Of a DNA stretch of 64,000 nucleotides, positions 14,108 through 28,607 are shown piece by piece (position 1 is the first letter of the stretch; the number at the start of each line of letters is the position of its first letter). The position numbers and the translations under genes are program-made. The DNA is from Octopus sinensis (lineage: Eukaryota): the NCBI RefSeq assembly GCF_006345805.1, contig NC_043013.1, positions 11,718,001-11,782,000 of the forward strand, in the 5' to 3' direction. The notes under the pieces were generated by a model that saw only the letters and a program-made list of their open reading frames with translations, was not told the DNA's origin and made no database searches.

Positions 14108-14963
14108 TATGAAAACTCTCAAAATATTTTGTTTGCTATGATGGAAAGTCTCAGCTGTCCACATCCAGCAGACTAAGGGGACACTTGTATACTGGTCATG
14201 CTTCAAGAACCTTGCAAAAATTCTTGCAGTTCCAAGCAAAGCTGACTTTTGTAGGTGTTCTACCTTCACACTTGCACCAATCTTTTTCAGCCATGCTGGT
14301 AGTTGAGTGCTGATACTTCCAAGCGCACCAATTACTATTGTTATCACGTCTACTCTCTTCATTAACCACAACGTTCGTATTCCCCACTTTAAATCGTAGT
14401 AGGTGTCTAGGCCAATTGTAGCAATCTTCATTGTTATTGCCAGTTGTAAAAGACAACGGCCTCCCCCCTTTCTTGGCAGATAAAGTCGTTCTGTATCTGC
14501 CTTAGGGTGGTGCATTCTATGCATTGTCAACAGTTTTCGTATTTTTCTGTCGAGCTGACATATTTCAGTAATTGACCAGTTAACGATGTTGAAACTGTAA
14601 GTCACGACTGGTATGGCTAATGCATTGATCGTTTCGATCCTGTTTCTTGCATTCAGCTCTGTCTTGAGTATTGCTCTCACTCTTCGATAACATTCTCTCC
14701 TGATCCTTTCCTTCATCTCTGAATGCCTTATTCCGTCCCCTTCAATTACGCCTAGGTACTTGTAGCTCTCCGCTGGGTCTAGTTCTTTTATGACATTCTG
14801 CTGGTCAAGGTTAACGTTAGATGTTTCTGTCATTTTTCCTTTGATAAAGGTAGCTTTTGCACATTTATCGAGTCCGAATTGCATTTTGATGTCGTCACTG
14901 AATTGTTTGACTATCGCTAGTAAGCCCTTGAGTTGTTGGTCATTTTTTGCAAATATTTTTATC
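14108..14963 (-). mobile_element. R4/Dong-like non-LTR retrotransposon fragment (RT thumb + RLE C-terminus), 5'-truncated and internally deleted
   Basis: MQFGLDKCA, YKYLGV, LDRKIRKLLT..HHPKAD.ERLYLPRKGGGR then a jump at ~14400 to YDLKW.IR.LW, IVIGALG, LQKSALLGTARI; 3' end abuts (TAA)n, the established Dong target. Confidence 0.85.
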
Positions 14964-15059
14964 AAACATTTTATATCCGTACTGCGCGTCATTGAGCGGT
15001 TTTGAGAGAGGTATTAAGGCTCATTATTATTATCATTAATATTATTATTATTATCATCA

Positions 15060-15102
<43 letters not shown>

Positions 15103-15104
15103 CA

Positions 15105-15135
<31 letters not shown>

Positions 15136-16659
15136 GATGATCATCATCATCATCATTATTATTATTATATTACTTCTCAGAGCGCTCTGTATTGTTTACT
15201 CTGGTAGATTCTCTGAGAGCGGACAGCAGCTTGCTGTCAGAAGCCTTACAGTGTCTCTTTCGGTGCAATATAGCTTTGATACTTCGTTTTAGATTATTGT
15301 GGGAGACATTCAACATCCAAGTACCAATCTTAAAATCATAGCTGTCCGCTGCAGAACAGCTTTTGCGGCTTACTCTGCTCTCAATTCCGATTTCTCTGAT
15401 AAAATGACAATATTCGTTGAAGACGTCATTGAGCTGGGTTTTACGCAAAATATTTAACGGCCATTTTCTCGGTTGTACGCTCTCAGATAAAATTCGAGTT
15501 CGGTTTCGTCTTTCTTCATTTCGGGTTGATAAAATTACTTGTGTCAATGTAATCCACGTTGCTCCATGCTCTGTCTATAATTGTTGGCTTTGTGCAATAA
15601 TTTGAAAGAATCTAAAAGCATATTTAGTTAAAGAAATTTTACTTTCAAATTTCAAAATATGCCGATATCAGCTTTATCGTTCATATATCTTGGCGTCTAT
15701 AAATTTAATACCAATCAAAATCTGAGATTTATTATATGGAATGTTCTATTGACTAAAATATGTAGCTTATCTGCGTAGCTGAAAATTTATTTTGTTTCCT
15801 TACTAATTGTTTAGCCCTAGGTATGCTCTGAGTGGGTAGATCAATACTCAAAAGCGCTCAAGCCATGACCCTCCCATCCTACTCTCAGTCACTTTTTATT
15901 TATAACTTCATTATCTGTCCATTATGTCCATGTCTGTTGAAGATTAAAAATGTAATAGAGTTTTATAGATATCGCATTTTGTAATTATTATTGTAGCTGT
16001 TGTTATTGATGTGGTGGTGCTTGTGACAGTGGTAGTAGCGGTGATGTATGGTGAGATGAGACTTCTGCTTTTTAAAAGAGAGTTTCGGTTATTTATGGCT
16101 TGTGAATCCATCAGAGAATGTTACGCTTTTGATAGCAAAATGGAATTATTCATTATCATGATGATGGTAATGTAAGTACATCTACATACGTAACCGAAAC
16201 ACTGCGAGTTCTTTCTCTCATTACCAATGAAACCTCTTACTTTACTTAATTAAGTCACTCACATATCAGCGATATCAAACATACCTCTGAAAGAATGAAA
16301 TAGAAGATGTAATAGAGAAAGACGGAGAGAAAAAGGAGCAAGAAGATGATAGAGGAAGAGAGAGATAAAAGTGAGTTGTTTTCTATTGGGTTGCCTAACA
16401 TGCAACGTGACATCAATATCAGTCAGTAGGTTTTCATGTTCCTCAGTAGAACTATATGATCTGAAGATAAGCAGCAATTAGATAGCCAATGTTCCTCAAA
16501 TCATACTCTTTGGACTTTAGACAATGGGTAAGTTAGAAAATGTAAGACCGGGATTTGAACTCAAAATTTAAAGAGGGAATAATGCCGCTTGACATTTTGC
16601 CCAGCATACTAAAGAATATGCCTTAACAAGAATACGTCTTAACAAGAATAGTAATAACC

Positions 16660-17056
16660 CTTTCTTCTAAAGGCCAAAAATCTTAAATTTGTTTGGAAGG
16701 GATTAGCCGTTTACACCTATCCAAGTGCTTCACTGGTATTTAATTTATCGACCCCGAAAGGATGAAAGGCAAAGTCAGCCTTGGCGGAATTTGAACTCAG
16801 AATGTAAAGACAGACGAAATACCTATTTCTTTACTACCCACAATGGGCTAAACACAGAGAGGACAAACAAGGTCAGACAAACGGATTAAATCGATTATAT
16901 CGACACCAGTGCGTAACTGGTACTTAATTTATCGACCCCCGAAAGGATGAAAGGCAAAGTCGACCTCGGCGGAATTTGAACTCAGAACGTAGCGGCAGAC
17001 GAAATACCGCTACGCATTTCGCCCGCGTGCATATGATTCTGTCAGCTCGCTACCTT
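16660..17056 (-). mobile_element. Composite SINE A: Tx1-tailed unit followed by a standard-tailed unit
   Basis: Junction AAAGAAATA|GGTATTTCG at ~16823; the downstream unit ends in the standard GGCC...TAGAAGAAAGG tail. Another degenerate A copy at 17080-17282. Confidence 0.85.
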
Positions 17057-17422
17057 AAAAAATAATAATATTAATGATTTTTAATTTTGGCACAAGCCCA
17101 TAAACTTTGAGGTTGGGCTTTAGTCGATTACATCGATCTCAGTGCTCGACTGGGCCTCACTTTATCGACTCCGAGAGGATGAAAGGCAAGGTCGATCCCG
17201 GAGGAATTTGAACTCAGGATGTATAGGCAGACGAAATGTTGCTAAGCCTGGTGCGATAATGAGTCTGCCAGCACGCCGCTCTAACAATAATAATAATCGT
17301 AACAATAATTCTATAAAATGAAACGACTATGAGTGCAACAATAGCAACAAGAATACAGAATAACACCAAAGTAAAAGAAAAAATACAGTAACTGCAGCGC
17401 ACAATACATCACCACCACCACC

Positions 17423-17453
<31 letters not shown>

Positions 17454-17821
17454 GCAGCAGCAGCAACAACAACAACAGTAGCAACAACAACACCACTACC
17501 ACCACCACCATCATGAAAACCGCTTCGTCAGCAACAACAACAATAATAGCAGGAATAGCAAAAACAAAACGCCAACAAGGAGAACAACAACCGGTGGTAA
17601 GAATAGAAATTACCACCAATGACACACACAAGAATAAAACGGTAAGACCATGTCACACATCACCAGAAACATCACAACATCAAATCAACTACCAGATCAA
17701 CAATAGCATAGTAATAACAATAGGAAGAAGAAGAAAACAGGGTCTCAATCTAGCAAAGACAACACCAACAACAACAGTGGCAAAATGCAAAAATACTTTC
17801 TATAAAATACAAACAAACAAA

Positions 17822-18036
17822 GACGGCGAGCTGGCCGAAACGTTAGCACTCCGGGCGAAATGCTTAGCAGTATTTCCTCTATATTTACGTTCTGAGTTCA
17901 AATTTCGCCGAGGTCAACTTTGCTTTTCATTCTTTCGTGGTTGATAAAATAAGTACCAGTTGCGTTCTGTGGTCGATCTAATCGATTGGTCTCCCTCCGC
18001 AAAAATTTTGGGCCTTGTGCCTAGAGTAGAAAAGAA
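17822..18036 (+). mobile_element. SINE type A, standard tail, full length
   Basis: Head to tail ...GGCCTTGTGCCTAGAGTAGAAAAGAAT; direct repeat AAAATACAAACAAA on both sides. Confidence 0.88.
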
Positions 18037-19838
18037 TAAAAATACAAACAAAAATTAAGAAAAAATGTATTGTGTCTGCCGTATTATGCCGTATATTATC
18101 AGCACGACCACCCCGACAGACAGTACTCAATCAACAACAACAACTATGTTAAAACCAACAATAACAATTATATACGCCTTCAAGAGCAATACCACCACCA
18201 CCAACAACAACAACAACAAGAGCAACACCATCATCAGCAACAACAGAACACCAACAACATTGGTATTCTGAATACAGAACACCAATAACCACATTCTTTT
18301 TTAATAACACCCACACCACGCTAACATCACCACTTACACCACCGCCACCGCCGCAAACTCCACAACATCAACAACAACAGCAACAACAGTATGTACACGG
18401 GTTACAACAACAGTAGGTACTACAACAATAACAAAAACAACGTTATGAACACACAAGTTAGTTTAAAACTCATGGTATTTTTCGCTCTGCTATAATATTT
18501 CCGAGCAATTCTCACTTATCAATGTAAGATTAGACTGAATTTAATGGCGGTTACTTAGACTTTCTTGTCATAAAATTGTACCCACTTAGGGCGTTAAGTG
18601 GGGAACAGGGTTTATTGGCAAAATTGATAGCTTTTTACTTCTACTTATTGATATAATATATTCACTAGGTGAAATTAATTATGTTTTTTACAGTGCGTAT
18701 GTAGATGCGGATGTATCTATATATGTATGAATGTATGTATGTATGTATATATATATATTTATGTATGTGCGTTGGTGTTTGCGAAGAGAGAATGCGATTG
18801 TGTGTGCTATTTTCTTTAGTTTTTTTTAATTTCTCTCAGTGTGTTGGTGGTGGCGCTGGGGTCTCTTGCGAGGGAGAGCATGGGTTTTTGTTGTTTGGTT
18901 TGTGCTTGTTTTCGTATAATTATTTATGTATATCCGTGTGCTACTGTAGCAATGTATGAGTATCAGTGTAAGAATTTTTGGTGTAAATGTGCGCATTCAT
19001 TTATATGGTTATATATATATATATATGTCAATATCTATATCTCTATATGTCTGAATGTCTGTGCGCATGTGTGTGATCTTGTGTAATTGCATATGTTTTA
19101 CCAGTTTTACTATCGCGAATGAAAACAAAACAAAACAAAAAACAACAACAAAAAACACTTTTGCTTTTTTCTTTATATAAAGTATTATTATAATTTTTTT
19201 ATCCTAAAATATGCTGCTTTTAAGACTTGGCACATTTTAAATTTATGTATTTCCATTTACTATTATTTATTACTTATATGTGTCTGTCTCTATATAACCG
19301 AGTGTATTTTCGTAAATTTGCATGTAGAAGCATTGATGTATATGTATGAACGTAAGAGTGCGTTAGAGATCATATTTGTAAGAATGTAAGAATGAGAATG
19401 TGTCAAGTTGTTTTTGTAGGTGTATATGTGTGTGTCTATGTATGTATGTATATATGTATGTTTGTGTGTGTATATGTCTGTCTGTGCTTCCATGGGTATG
19501 TACATCGGTCTAACTGTACAAAGTAGCGAAACGTCTGTTAACCATTTTAATGTTGAGCTATACATATTCTCCGACTGTTTAACTGTTTATTATATGACTT
19601 TAATATCAAAAATTCGTTTAGACTTGCAAAGAAGAGGCTTTTTCGTAGTGATGACCAATTAAAATATAACTACCAAATATTCAACATGACTATAACTAGT
19701 TTAGTATCTACTAACCAAGACCTATATCTATATTGAATCAGTGGTATTAGTTTTACATAGGTATTCATTCAGTTATTACGTTTATTAAGGAATGAAATTG
19801 ACTATTTATTGAGCATTTTGTTTCATGCCTCCAATGCG

Positions 19839-19901
<63 letters not shown>

Positions 19902-20534
19902 TTAAAGTATGTAGAGGTAGTTGAGCCGAAAACTAGTCTGATATGATGATTGCGGCTCATATGATCGACTAAAACATTTCAAGTAGTGGTCTCCGCATGA
20001 ACGCAATTCAATACGTAAAACAAAAAAGCTAAATACGAATATACAATCTCATATTAAATCGGACAAATTCACAAGGGCAAGGAAATATAAAGGGAATTTT
20101 TACCTGGCATACATACAAATATATCTACATATATGTAAATTGTATAAGATTAGGCAAGACGAGCTATAAAAGTTTTTAAAGTTTCGTACATAGAGAATGG
20201 CTAGGTGGAAACTGTGCAAAACACTGTGTTTATATATATATATATATATATATATAATATCTTTTAATTTACTGAGTAACTGAAGGCCACGCATCCCGAC
20301 TTTTGTTAACATCATATATATATATATATATATATATATCATACTTTTACGAGGAAGAAGTTTCGGTCAAATCGTTGAAATCACTCCCACCTCGTTCTTG
20401 TAAATCTATACTGTTAGTAAATATGTGCTGTACAAAAATTCTGGTGTAATTATTTAGTAATAATTTATAATAATTCGACGAACATTAAAATGCACATATC
20501 TGTATTATATATAGTATAGTCATCTCTCTCTCTG

Positions 20535-20600
<66 letters not shown>

Positions 20601-23600
20601 GTTAGACATGGCCTAGACCATTCTTTGGTCGAAACATATCTAAGTTTATCTAAGTTTATATATATATATATATACACACATACATACATTCATATATATA
20701 TATATATATTACAATGAGGTAGTTTTGGTAAAACATTGTGAGGTATAACTTTACACAATAACCGTCTTTCGTGGATGTGGGCTAAGAAGCTTACTTTCCG
20801 ACCACCTGTTCCTGGGTTCAGTCTCACTTCGTCGCACCTTGGGCGAATGTCTTCTTCTATAGCCTCGTGGAGACCAAAGCCTTGTGAGTAGATTTGGTAA
20901 ACGGAAACTGAAACAATCCCGTCGTATAAATGTGTGCCTGTGCGTGTGTGAACGTGTGTGTGTGTGTGTGGGGGGTATTTGTGTGTTTGTCCCATCACAT
21001 CGCTTGACAACCGATGTTGATGTGTTTATGACCCTGTAACTTAGCGCTTCGGCAGAAAAAAAAACCGATAGAATAAGTACTTGTCTTACAAAGAATACGT
21101 CCTGGAGTTGATTTGTTCTACGAAAGGCCATGATCCAGTATGGCCGCACTAAAATAACTGAAACAAAAGAATAAAAGAACATATATATACACAGGGATAT
21201 TTATGCGTAAATATACACACACAAACACACACACACACATATATATGTATATCATATATAATATCTATAATATATATATATATTTATCTAGTTGCTGTTA
21301 TGTTGGTCAAATTCTTTTGTTACAATAATTATTTTTGCTTGCGATAGCCAGTTTTTTGGCAAGCTATTGTATCTCCAGCTGCTTCAGATCCCAAGATATC
21401 AAAAATTGTTCAAGTGTTGTACAACGTGTTTGCTTTGGAATGGTGAAACTATTTTTTATTGTTTTGAAAAAGCAATGTTTTGAATTTACGACACTTTTGT
21501 ATAATATCAACGATACATAGAGGTCATAGTCTATCACCATCCTACATTGTAAATCCATGGTTGTATTCCAATTATTCTCTCTGTTACAGATGAAGGTAAA
21601 AATAATCCGCCATTAAACATAGAAAAATTTAAGTTGTCGATTCACCTACTCTAATATAATCCATAACAACTCATCCATCTTAAATCAAATTCTACGCTGT
21701 CTTAATGTGATAACCTACACTACTTTCGATTATATAAAATTAGGTACACAACATGAGCGATTGAACAAGAAGTTTCCTTTGCAGTTATAAAGCCTCGTGT
21801 TCCATCCTATTAGTGGAATCTTAGGCAAGTTTCTTTTACCATTGCCTTAGTTTAATCCAAGGATTGTGAGTAGAACTGGTTATACGGAAACTGTACAGAA
21901 ACCCGTTGGATAAATTGAAGCTGTAATTCAAATATAGAGCTTTGTAGCACACTGTATCACGCTGGTTCTACCAGAGAATCCCTTTATAGAAGGTATCTGT
22001 AGAATGTCTAACTGAACCGCTAATAGTATAATTCAATGGATAGATAATTCGATTGATCGAATAACTCGATGCTCATCATTGAAACCGACTGAGAGCCATC
22101 AACTTTACTTACGTATTGATTACACAATGCATGGAGGGAAAAACGATAAGAATGAACGAACCGTATTTCATCGTAGTTTTATTCATTCTCGGCTAACCTG
22201 GGGTTATGCAAGAATAAAACAATATTCTGTAATATATTCTATCAATTTCCAGAAGTTGTACAGCAGCTATCCTCATGTTTCACTCATCTCTGAACCAAGA
22301 TAGCTTGGTACGGTCACTGAGAATCATATTACGATTATCGTGGATTGATCTGCGATAACACGGGTCGGCGATCAGTGAAAATCTGGTTGGATGGCAAACG
22401 AACTCTCCAGCGATCATTCACAATGTTCAGGATAACTTAGAATTTCAGAACGAAACCTATTTTCTCCACATGTTCTTTTATTCATTTATCAGTGATTCAC
22501 CTAACACGTTTTCTGTTTTTGCTTTATTATGAAACACCCGTGATAAATGAGGATATGTGTATTACAAATAAGTCAAGGATTGAACATATCTTCTATAACA
22601 CGTCATAAGTTTACATAACTCAGAATGGACTTCTGACAACTAATTCAGATGTTGTTTTGAGGAGTTATATGAGATTAAATATCGCTCTATCGCGTCGACT
22701 AACTATGCATGTATAAAATACAGATATTAAAACGCACTGCACTACATAGCACAATAGAAAACAACTCAGAAATCTTTTCTTGGTAAGTTGGTAAAAAGGG
22801 TGTTATCACAGATCGACAAGCGATGTTAATGTGCTATTCCGACGGTCTAGTTCGGCAAACTAGACCGATAGAATAAGTACCAAACTTATAAAGAAAATAA
22901 GTACTGGTGTAGATCAGTTCGACTAAAAATCGTCAAGGCGGTGCCCCAGCATCGCCGGATAAGAAATAAAAGAAAAGATGACGAAAAAATATAATTAAAA
23001 ATAAAATGTGTAGAAAATAAAAGTTACACTGAGGCAGTTTGCGGGAAAAAGAACAATTAAAATTAATAAAATTAATATTGTAGATATTAAAAATCTAACT
23101 AGAAATAAATACTCTCTTTTACTCTTTTATTTGTTTCAGTCATTTGACTGTGGCTATGCTGGAGCACCGCGTTTAGTCGATCAAATCGTTCCCATGACTT
23201 ATTCTTTGTAAGCCTAGTACTTATTCTATCGGTCTCTTTTGCCGAACCGCTAAGTTACGGGGACGTAAACACACGAGCGTCGGTTGTCAAGCGATGTTGG
23301 GGGAGGGACAAACACAGACACACAAACATATACACACACATATATAATATATATACATGTATACATATATACGACGGGCTTTTTTCAGTTTCCGTCTACC
23401 AAATCCATTCACAAGGCTTTGGTCGGCCTGAGGCTATAGTAGAAGACACATATAAAATAAATAAAACAAACGCAAAGAATATTAGCCAATGATTGATATG
23501 TTAATTAATTCCATATGACAAAGCGTGAATATGTTTCGGTCTAAGAGTAACATCGTCAGAAAAGCCCGATATAGATTTCAACGTACGTTTCGAAGTAGAT

Positions 23601-23989
23601 TATCGGAAAATTATTAAATAAATATGGTAAGTTTCTTGAATAGCTTGATACGTTTTGTGCAAAATGCATTGCAAAATTAATGAATTAATGTTACATTCTA
23701 AGGATTAATTAACGCCAGTGATAATGGTCAAATTGTTTCGCAATTTCTAAAAGAAGCCAGTCAATAAAGTTTAGAAAAATGTTTTATCATCATCGTTAAC
23801 ATCGTCGTCATCATCACTGTCAACGTCACCGTCACCATCATCATTTCCATCCTTCGGCTCCTCGTCCTAGTCGTTTTCGATGTCGTTGTCCTCCCCTCCT
23901 CATCATCATCTTTGTCATTGACGTCATCGTTGCCATCATCGCCACGTCATTGTGACCATTGGCGTTACCGTCGTCTTTGTTGTCGTTGC

Positions 23990-24019
23990 CATCATCATCA
24001 TCATAATCCTCCTCATCAC

Positions 24020-24079
<60 letters not shown>

Positions 24080-24143
24080 TATCCTCCTCCTCATCATCAT
24101 CAACATCATCCTCATCACCATCATCATCATCATCATCATCATT

Positions 24144-24178
<35 letters not shown>

Positions 24179-24183
24179 TATCC

Positions 24184-24232
<49 letters not shown>

Positions 24233-24265
24233 TATCCTCATCATCATCATCATCATCATCATATT
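23990..24265. repeat. (CAT)n microsatellite
   Basis: Direct inspection; source of the poly-His/Met/Ile ORFs. Similar tract at 3233-3365. Confidence 0.98.
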
Positions 24266-24460
24266 TATCATTACTGCAACAGTAACTATCTTTAGCATAT
24301 CAGTTGTAGTTGTTGCTGTTACTGTTCTTAGAGTCCTTGCGGTAGTTATTTAGCCTCCAACCACCACCACCACCACCACAAACAATAACAACAATCCTTA
24401 ATCAGCCCAATCCCAGTACACGCGACACATGGTCCAAGACGTTTCTCACGTAGCAACGCA

Positions 24461-24836
24461 AGGCGGTGAGCTGGCAGAATCATAAGCACGCCGGGCGAAA
24501 TGCTTAGCGGTATTTCGTCTGTCGTTACGTTGTGAGTTCAAATTCCGCCGAGGTCGATAAATTAAGTACCAGTTACGCACTGGGGTTGATGTAATCGACT
24601 TAATACCTATGTCTGTCCTTGTTTGTCCCGTCTATGTTTAGCCCCTTGTGGGTAGTAAAGAATTAGATAGTTCGTCTGCCGTTACGTTCTGAGTTCAAAT
24701 TCCGCCGAGGTCGACTTTGCTTTTCATCCTTTCGGGGTCGATTAAATAAGTACCAGTCGATGTAATCAACTTAATCCCTTTCTCTTTCCTTGTTTGTCCT
24801 CTCTATGTTTAGCCCCCTGTGGGCAATAAAGAAATA
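24461..24836 (+). mobile_element. SINE type A Tx1-tailed dimer; first unit has a core deletion between GGTCGA repeats
   Basis: Head AAGGCGGTGAGCTGGCAG; two tails ending AAAGAATTA and AAAGAAATA. Confidence 0.85.
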
Positions 24837-25501
24837 TATAACACCAACACAACAGGACTTATTTTCCCTATATGTCACTTCTCTGTTTTTGACAATAATG
24901 CGTGAGTGAGATTAATATGTCTGCAATTTTCAGTAGGATCGAGTCACTATATAAACGTTGTCCGCAAGAATTTCAAGTATAGGAATCTTAATATTTTATC
25001 TGAAAGCCACATAACCAACTTGCACATTATTGACGAATACGATTTTTTTTTTCTCCTAATCTATATTTTGGAAATAAAATTGTAATTCCATCGACATTTT
25101 GTCGTAAACTAGTTTTCCTTTATTCATTTATTTATTTTTTTGTTTTTGCAAACGTCGCCACAAAAAGTCAAAAATAAAAAAAAAATGATGCTGTAAACAA
25201 AAACATAAGGAATATAAAAAACATATTAAAATATAAATATATATGTGAAAAAAATATAAATAAATATAACGAATATTAAAATAAAAAATAAATATAATAT
25301 ATGTATGCTATGAAATATATATGTATATGTGTGTACGTTTGTGTGTGTATGTATATATATCTTATGCTATATTAAATGATGATAATAATAATAATAATGA
25401 TAATAATAATAATGATAATAATAATAATAATAATAATGATAATAATAATAATAAAATAATAGTAATAATAATAACAATAAAATAATAATAATAATAATAA
25501 C

Positions 25502-25541
<40 letters not shown>

Positions 25542-26809
25542 TAATAATAATAATAATAATAATAACGATCAAGTAAAAGAGCAAAAAAAAATAAAAGAAA
25601 ATTAAAAGGAAATGGAAGAAGAAATGAGAAAAGAAGAGAAAAAGCTGCTGCTATCATAATTGAATTGCTCACAACACTGAATTTTGATATGGCAGTATAT
25701 GAAATGATATCTCGTGGAAAAATCATATCATTCATTTTGATATGATTAAGTGGTGTGTCATAAATTAGGAAGCATTTTATTTGGTCACTGAGTCGGATGT
25801 TCTATGATGTGGTTTGATACACTTTGTAATTTCTGACGGTTGGCAGGAAGGGCGGAGAAGGAAGAAAGGATGGAAGGAAGGAATGAAGGAAGGAAAGCTA
25901 TGTAGGGAAGAAACCTGTGAACGAAAGAAGACAGAACGAATGGAATGGTAAAATCAAAGAAGTGGAAAGAAAGAAAAGAAGGAAACATTGGCATCTAAGA
26001 AGGATGAAGTAAAAAATATTTAAATAAGTAATTGAGAAATAAATGAAGGAAAATGGAAAGACTGAAGGACATATGTGTTGAAGGAATTCAAGAAGGAAAA
26101 CTTAAGGAAAAGTTAAAGAGGTAAGATAAAAAAAGGAATAATGAATGGGGAAAGACAGAAAAGAGATAAATGAAGGAATGAAAGAAATAATGAAGTTATA
26201 AAAGGGGAATGTACAAAGAAAAAGTGAAAATAAAATGGAGAGTGAAAGAAGGAAGGAAAGCAAATAGGAAGAGATTAAAAGAAATGAAGAAAGTAAGAAA
26301 GAAAGAATGAATGAATGAAAGAGGAAAGGAAGAAAGACGACAAAATGCATAGCAATGCAAAATGAAAAAGGAAAGTAAAGAAGAAACAAAAGAATGGAAT
26401 GAATGAAATAGAATGAAAGAGTAACAGCCGAATTTAGGGAAACTGAATATGATGAATGAAAGGTTACTAAAATAAGATACGGGGGAAATGTGCCAAAAAA
26501 TAGTAAAAAACAATAAAATAAGAAAGAATGAAAAATTTAAATAAAATGAGAAAGACTATAAGACAAAGAAAGGAAAGGAAGAAAAGGAGTAGAAAGTAGC
26601 GGGAAATAAAAATACCAAGACAATACGAAAATTTTAGGAAAGAAATCAAAGAGATATTACTGAGTGTTATATGAGTATAGCTCTTGGGGTCCATAAAAGA
26701 AACACTTGTTGAATATTGGAGCAAGTGTAATCGACTTCCCTGAAATTGCGGTCCTTGTACTATACTTGTGCCACAATTTGAAACCAACGTTCGGGTGTAG
26801 AATGTATTG

Positions 26810-27203
26810 TCTATTCTAGGCACAAGGCCAGAAATTTTTGAGGAATGTCCCTATCAGTTAGATCGATTTCAGTAAGGAAACTGGTATTTAATTTATCGAC
26901 CCCGAAAAGATGAAAGGCAAAGTCGACCTCGTTGGGATTTGAACTCACAACGTAAAGACAGACGAAATATTTATTTCTTTACTACACACAAGAGGCTAAA
27001 CACAGAGAGGACAAACAAGGACAGACAAAGGGATTATTCGATTACATCGAACCCAGTGCGTAACTGGTACTTAATTCATCGACTCCGAAAGGATGAAAGG
27101 CAAAGTCGACCTCGTTGGAATTTGAACCTAGAACGTAAAGACAGACGAAATGCCGCTAGGCATTTCGCCCACGTGCTAACATTTCTGCCAGCTCGCCGCC
27201 TTA
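26810..27203 (-). mobile_element. Composite SINE A: Tx1-tailed unit + standard-tailed unit
   Basis: Junction AAAGAAATA|AATATTTCG at ~26971; both units share the CAACGAGG and TCTGTCTTTACG variants. Confidence 0.85.
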
Positions 27204-27363
27204 GAATGTACAATAACTTATATAAGCATTCAAATGAATGTTCATATGAATTTCTTTGGAGGCTATGGAATAAAATGAGGAAGAGTGTATGTGTTATACG
27301 GAAGTGATGTATATGTGGATAAATTGGGATTAAACTGGTACGCTTACCTTTAAATATTAATAT

Positions 27364-27674
27364 CACCATGATCACCGTAACCGACCAGGCAATCAGATGT
27401 TGCTACACATCGCTGGTCACAATGCGCTTCGCATTGTTTTAGCCTTCAAATGACACCACCCCGCTGGCTAAGCGAGAAGGGCAACAGAAGAATGAGTCAG
27501 AGAAAGCTGTGGCGAAAGATACAGTAGGGATCGCCACCACCCCCTGCTGGAGTCGCGTGGAGCTTTAAGTGTTTTCGCTCAATAAACACTCACAACGCCC
27601 GGCCTGGGAATCGAAACCGCGATTCTACAACTACGAGTCCGCTGCCCTAACCACTGGGCCATTGCGCCTCCACG
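27364..27674 (-). mobile_element. SINE type C (tRNA-Arg-like head), full length
   Basis: GTGGAGGCGCAATGGCCCAGTGGTTAGGGCAGCGGACTCG...GGTTTCGATTCCC; 11-bp TSD AATATTAATAT (27353-27363, 27675-27685). Second, 5'-clipped copy at 62950-63225. Confidence 0.85.
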
Positions 27675-28194
27675 AATATTAATATGCTCGTAATTAAACC
27701 ACTAGGAAATTTTCCTGTGAATGAAACTAAGCTGAGGATCGAAGAGGTATTGAATACTTATCAGATGTATCTTACTCTTGCAAGTCATAAACAGAGAAGC
27801 AACGGGTTAGAAAAACTATGAGAAATTATACGATTGTACTAAATAGCGTATCTGTACATTCGCTTGTAGTGCGTACTGAGTTATTAATAAGCAGAGTGAC
27901 AGTGTGAATGTGGATAAATTGCAATTAACTTCGTATACATACGTTTCGATAATTGTAACTTCAATCTCACCGAGGTAGCAAACCTCACAATCATACAAGA
28001 ATGATATCTCTATGAATGAAACTAAATAACTAAATGTGGGAAACGAATTATTGCCTACTTATTGAATGTATCTACTCCGGTTAGTCGTAAAGAGAGAGGC
28101 AACTTAGAGCTGCTTAGAAGTAAAATGCGATTTTATTCAAAAGAATAACAATACATTCGTTGACAGCGTGTATTCAATGGTTACATTCTCTAGA

Positions 28195-28607
28195 GGTGGC
28201 GAGCTGGCAGAAACGTTAGCACGCCGGGCGAAATGCTTAGCGGTATTTCGTCTGCGTTACGTTGTGAGTTCAAATTCCGCCGAGGTCGACTTTGCCTTTC
28301 ATCCTTTCGGGGTCGATAAATTAAGTACCAGTTACGCACTGGGGTCGATATAATCGACTTAATACCTATGTCTGTCCTTGTTTGTCCCCTCTGTGTTTAG
28401 CCCCTTGTGGGTAATAAAGAAATAGGTATTTCGTCTGCGTTACGTTGTGAGTTCAAATTCCGCCGAGGTCGACTTTGCCTTTCATCCTTTTGGGGTCGAT
28501 AAATTAAGTACCAGTTACGCACTGGGGTCGATGTAATCGACTTAATACCTATGTCTGTCCCTGTTTGTCCTCCTCTGTGTTAGCCCCTTGTGGGTAATAA
28601 AGAAATA
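28195..28607 (+). mobile_element. SINE type A with Tx1-like tail, head-to-tail dimer
   Basis: Full unit plus a second unit starting at GGTATTTCG (28425); both end GCCCCTTGTGGGTAATAAAGAAATA. Perfect 16-bp TSD GGTTACATTCTCTAGA (28179-28194, 28608-28623). Confidence 0.92.

Noticed and set aside
23520-23570. Minus-strand CTGACGA...GAAAC hammerhead-like motif
   Set aside because: Stems I and III cannot be formed.
23912-24295. Poly-histidine ORF suggesting a metal-binding protein
   Set aside because: Pure (CAT)n repeat open in several frames; no splice or domain evidence.
26939-27307. Recurrent ORFs such as RPRKDERQSRPRWNLNSER at several loci
   Set aside because: Antisense translations of SINE A, not a gene family.
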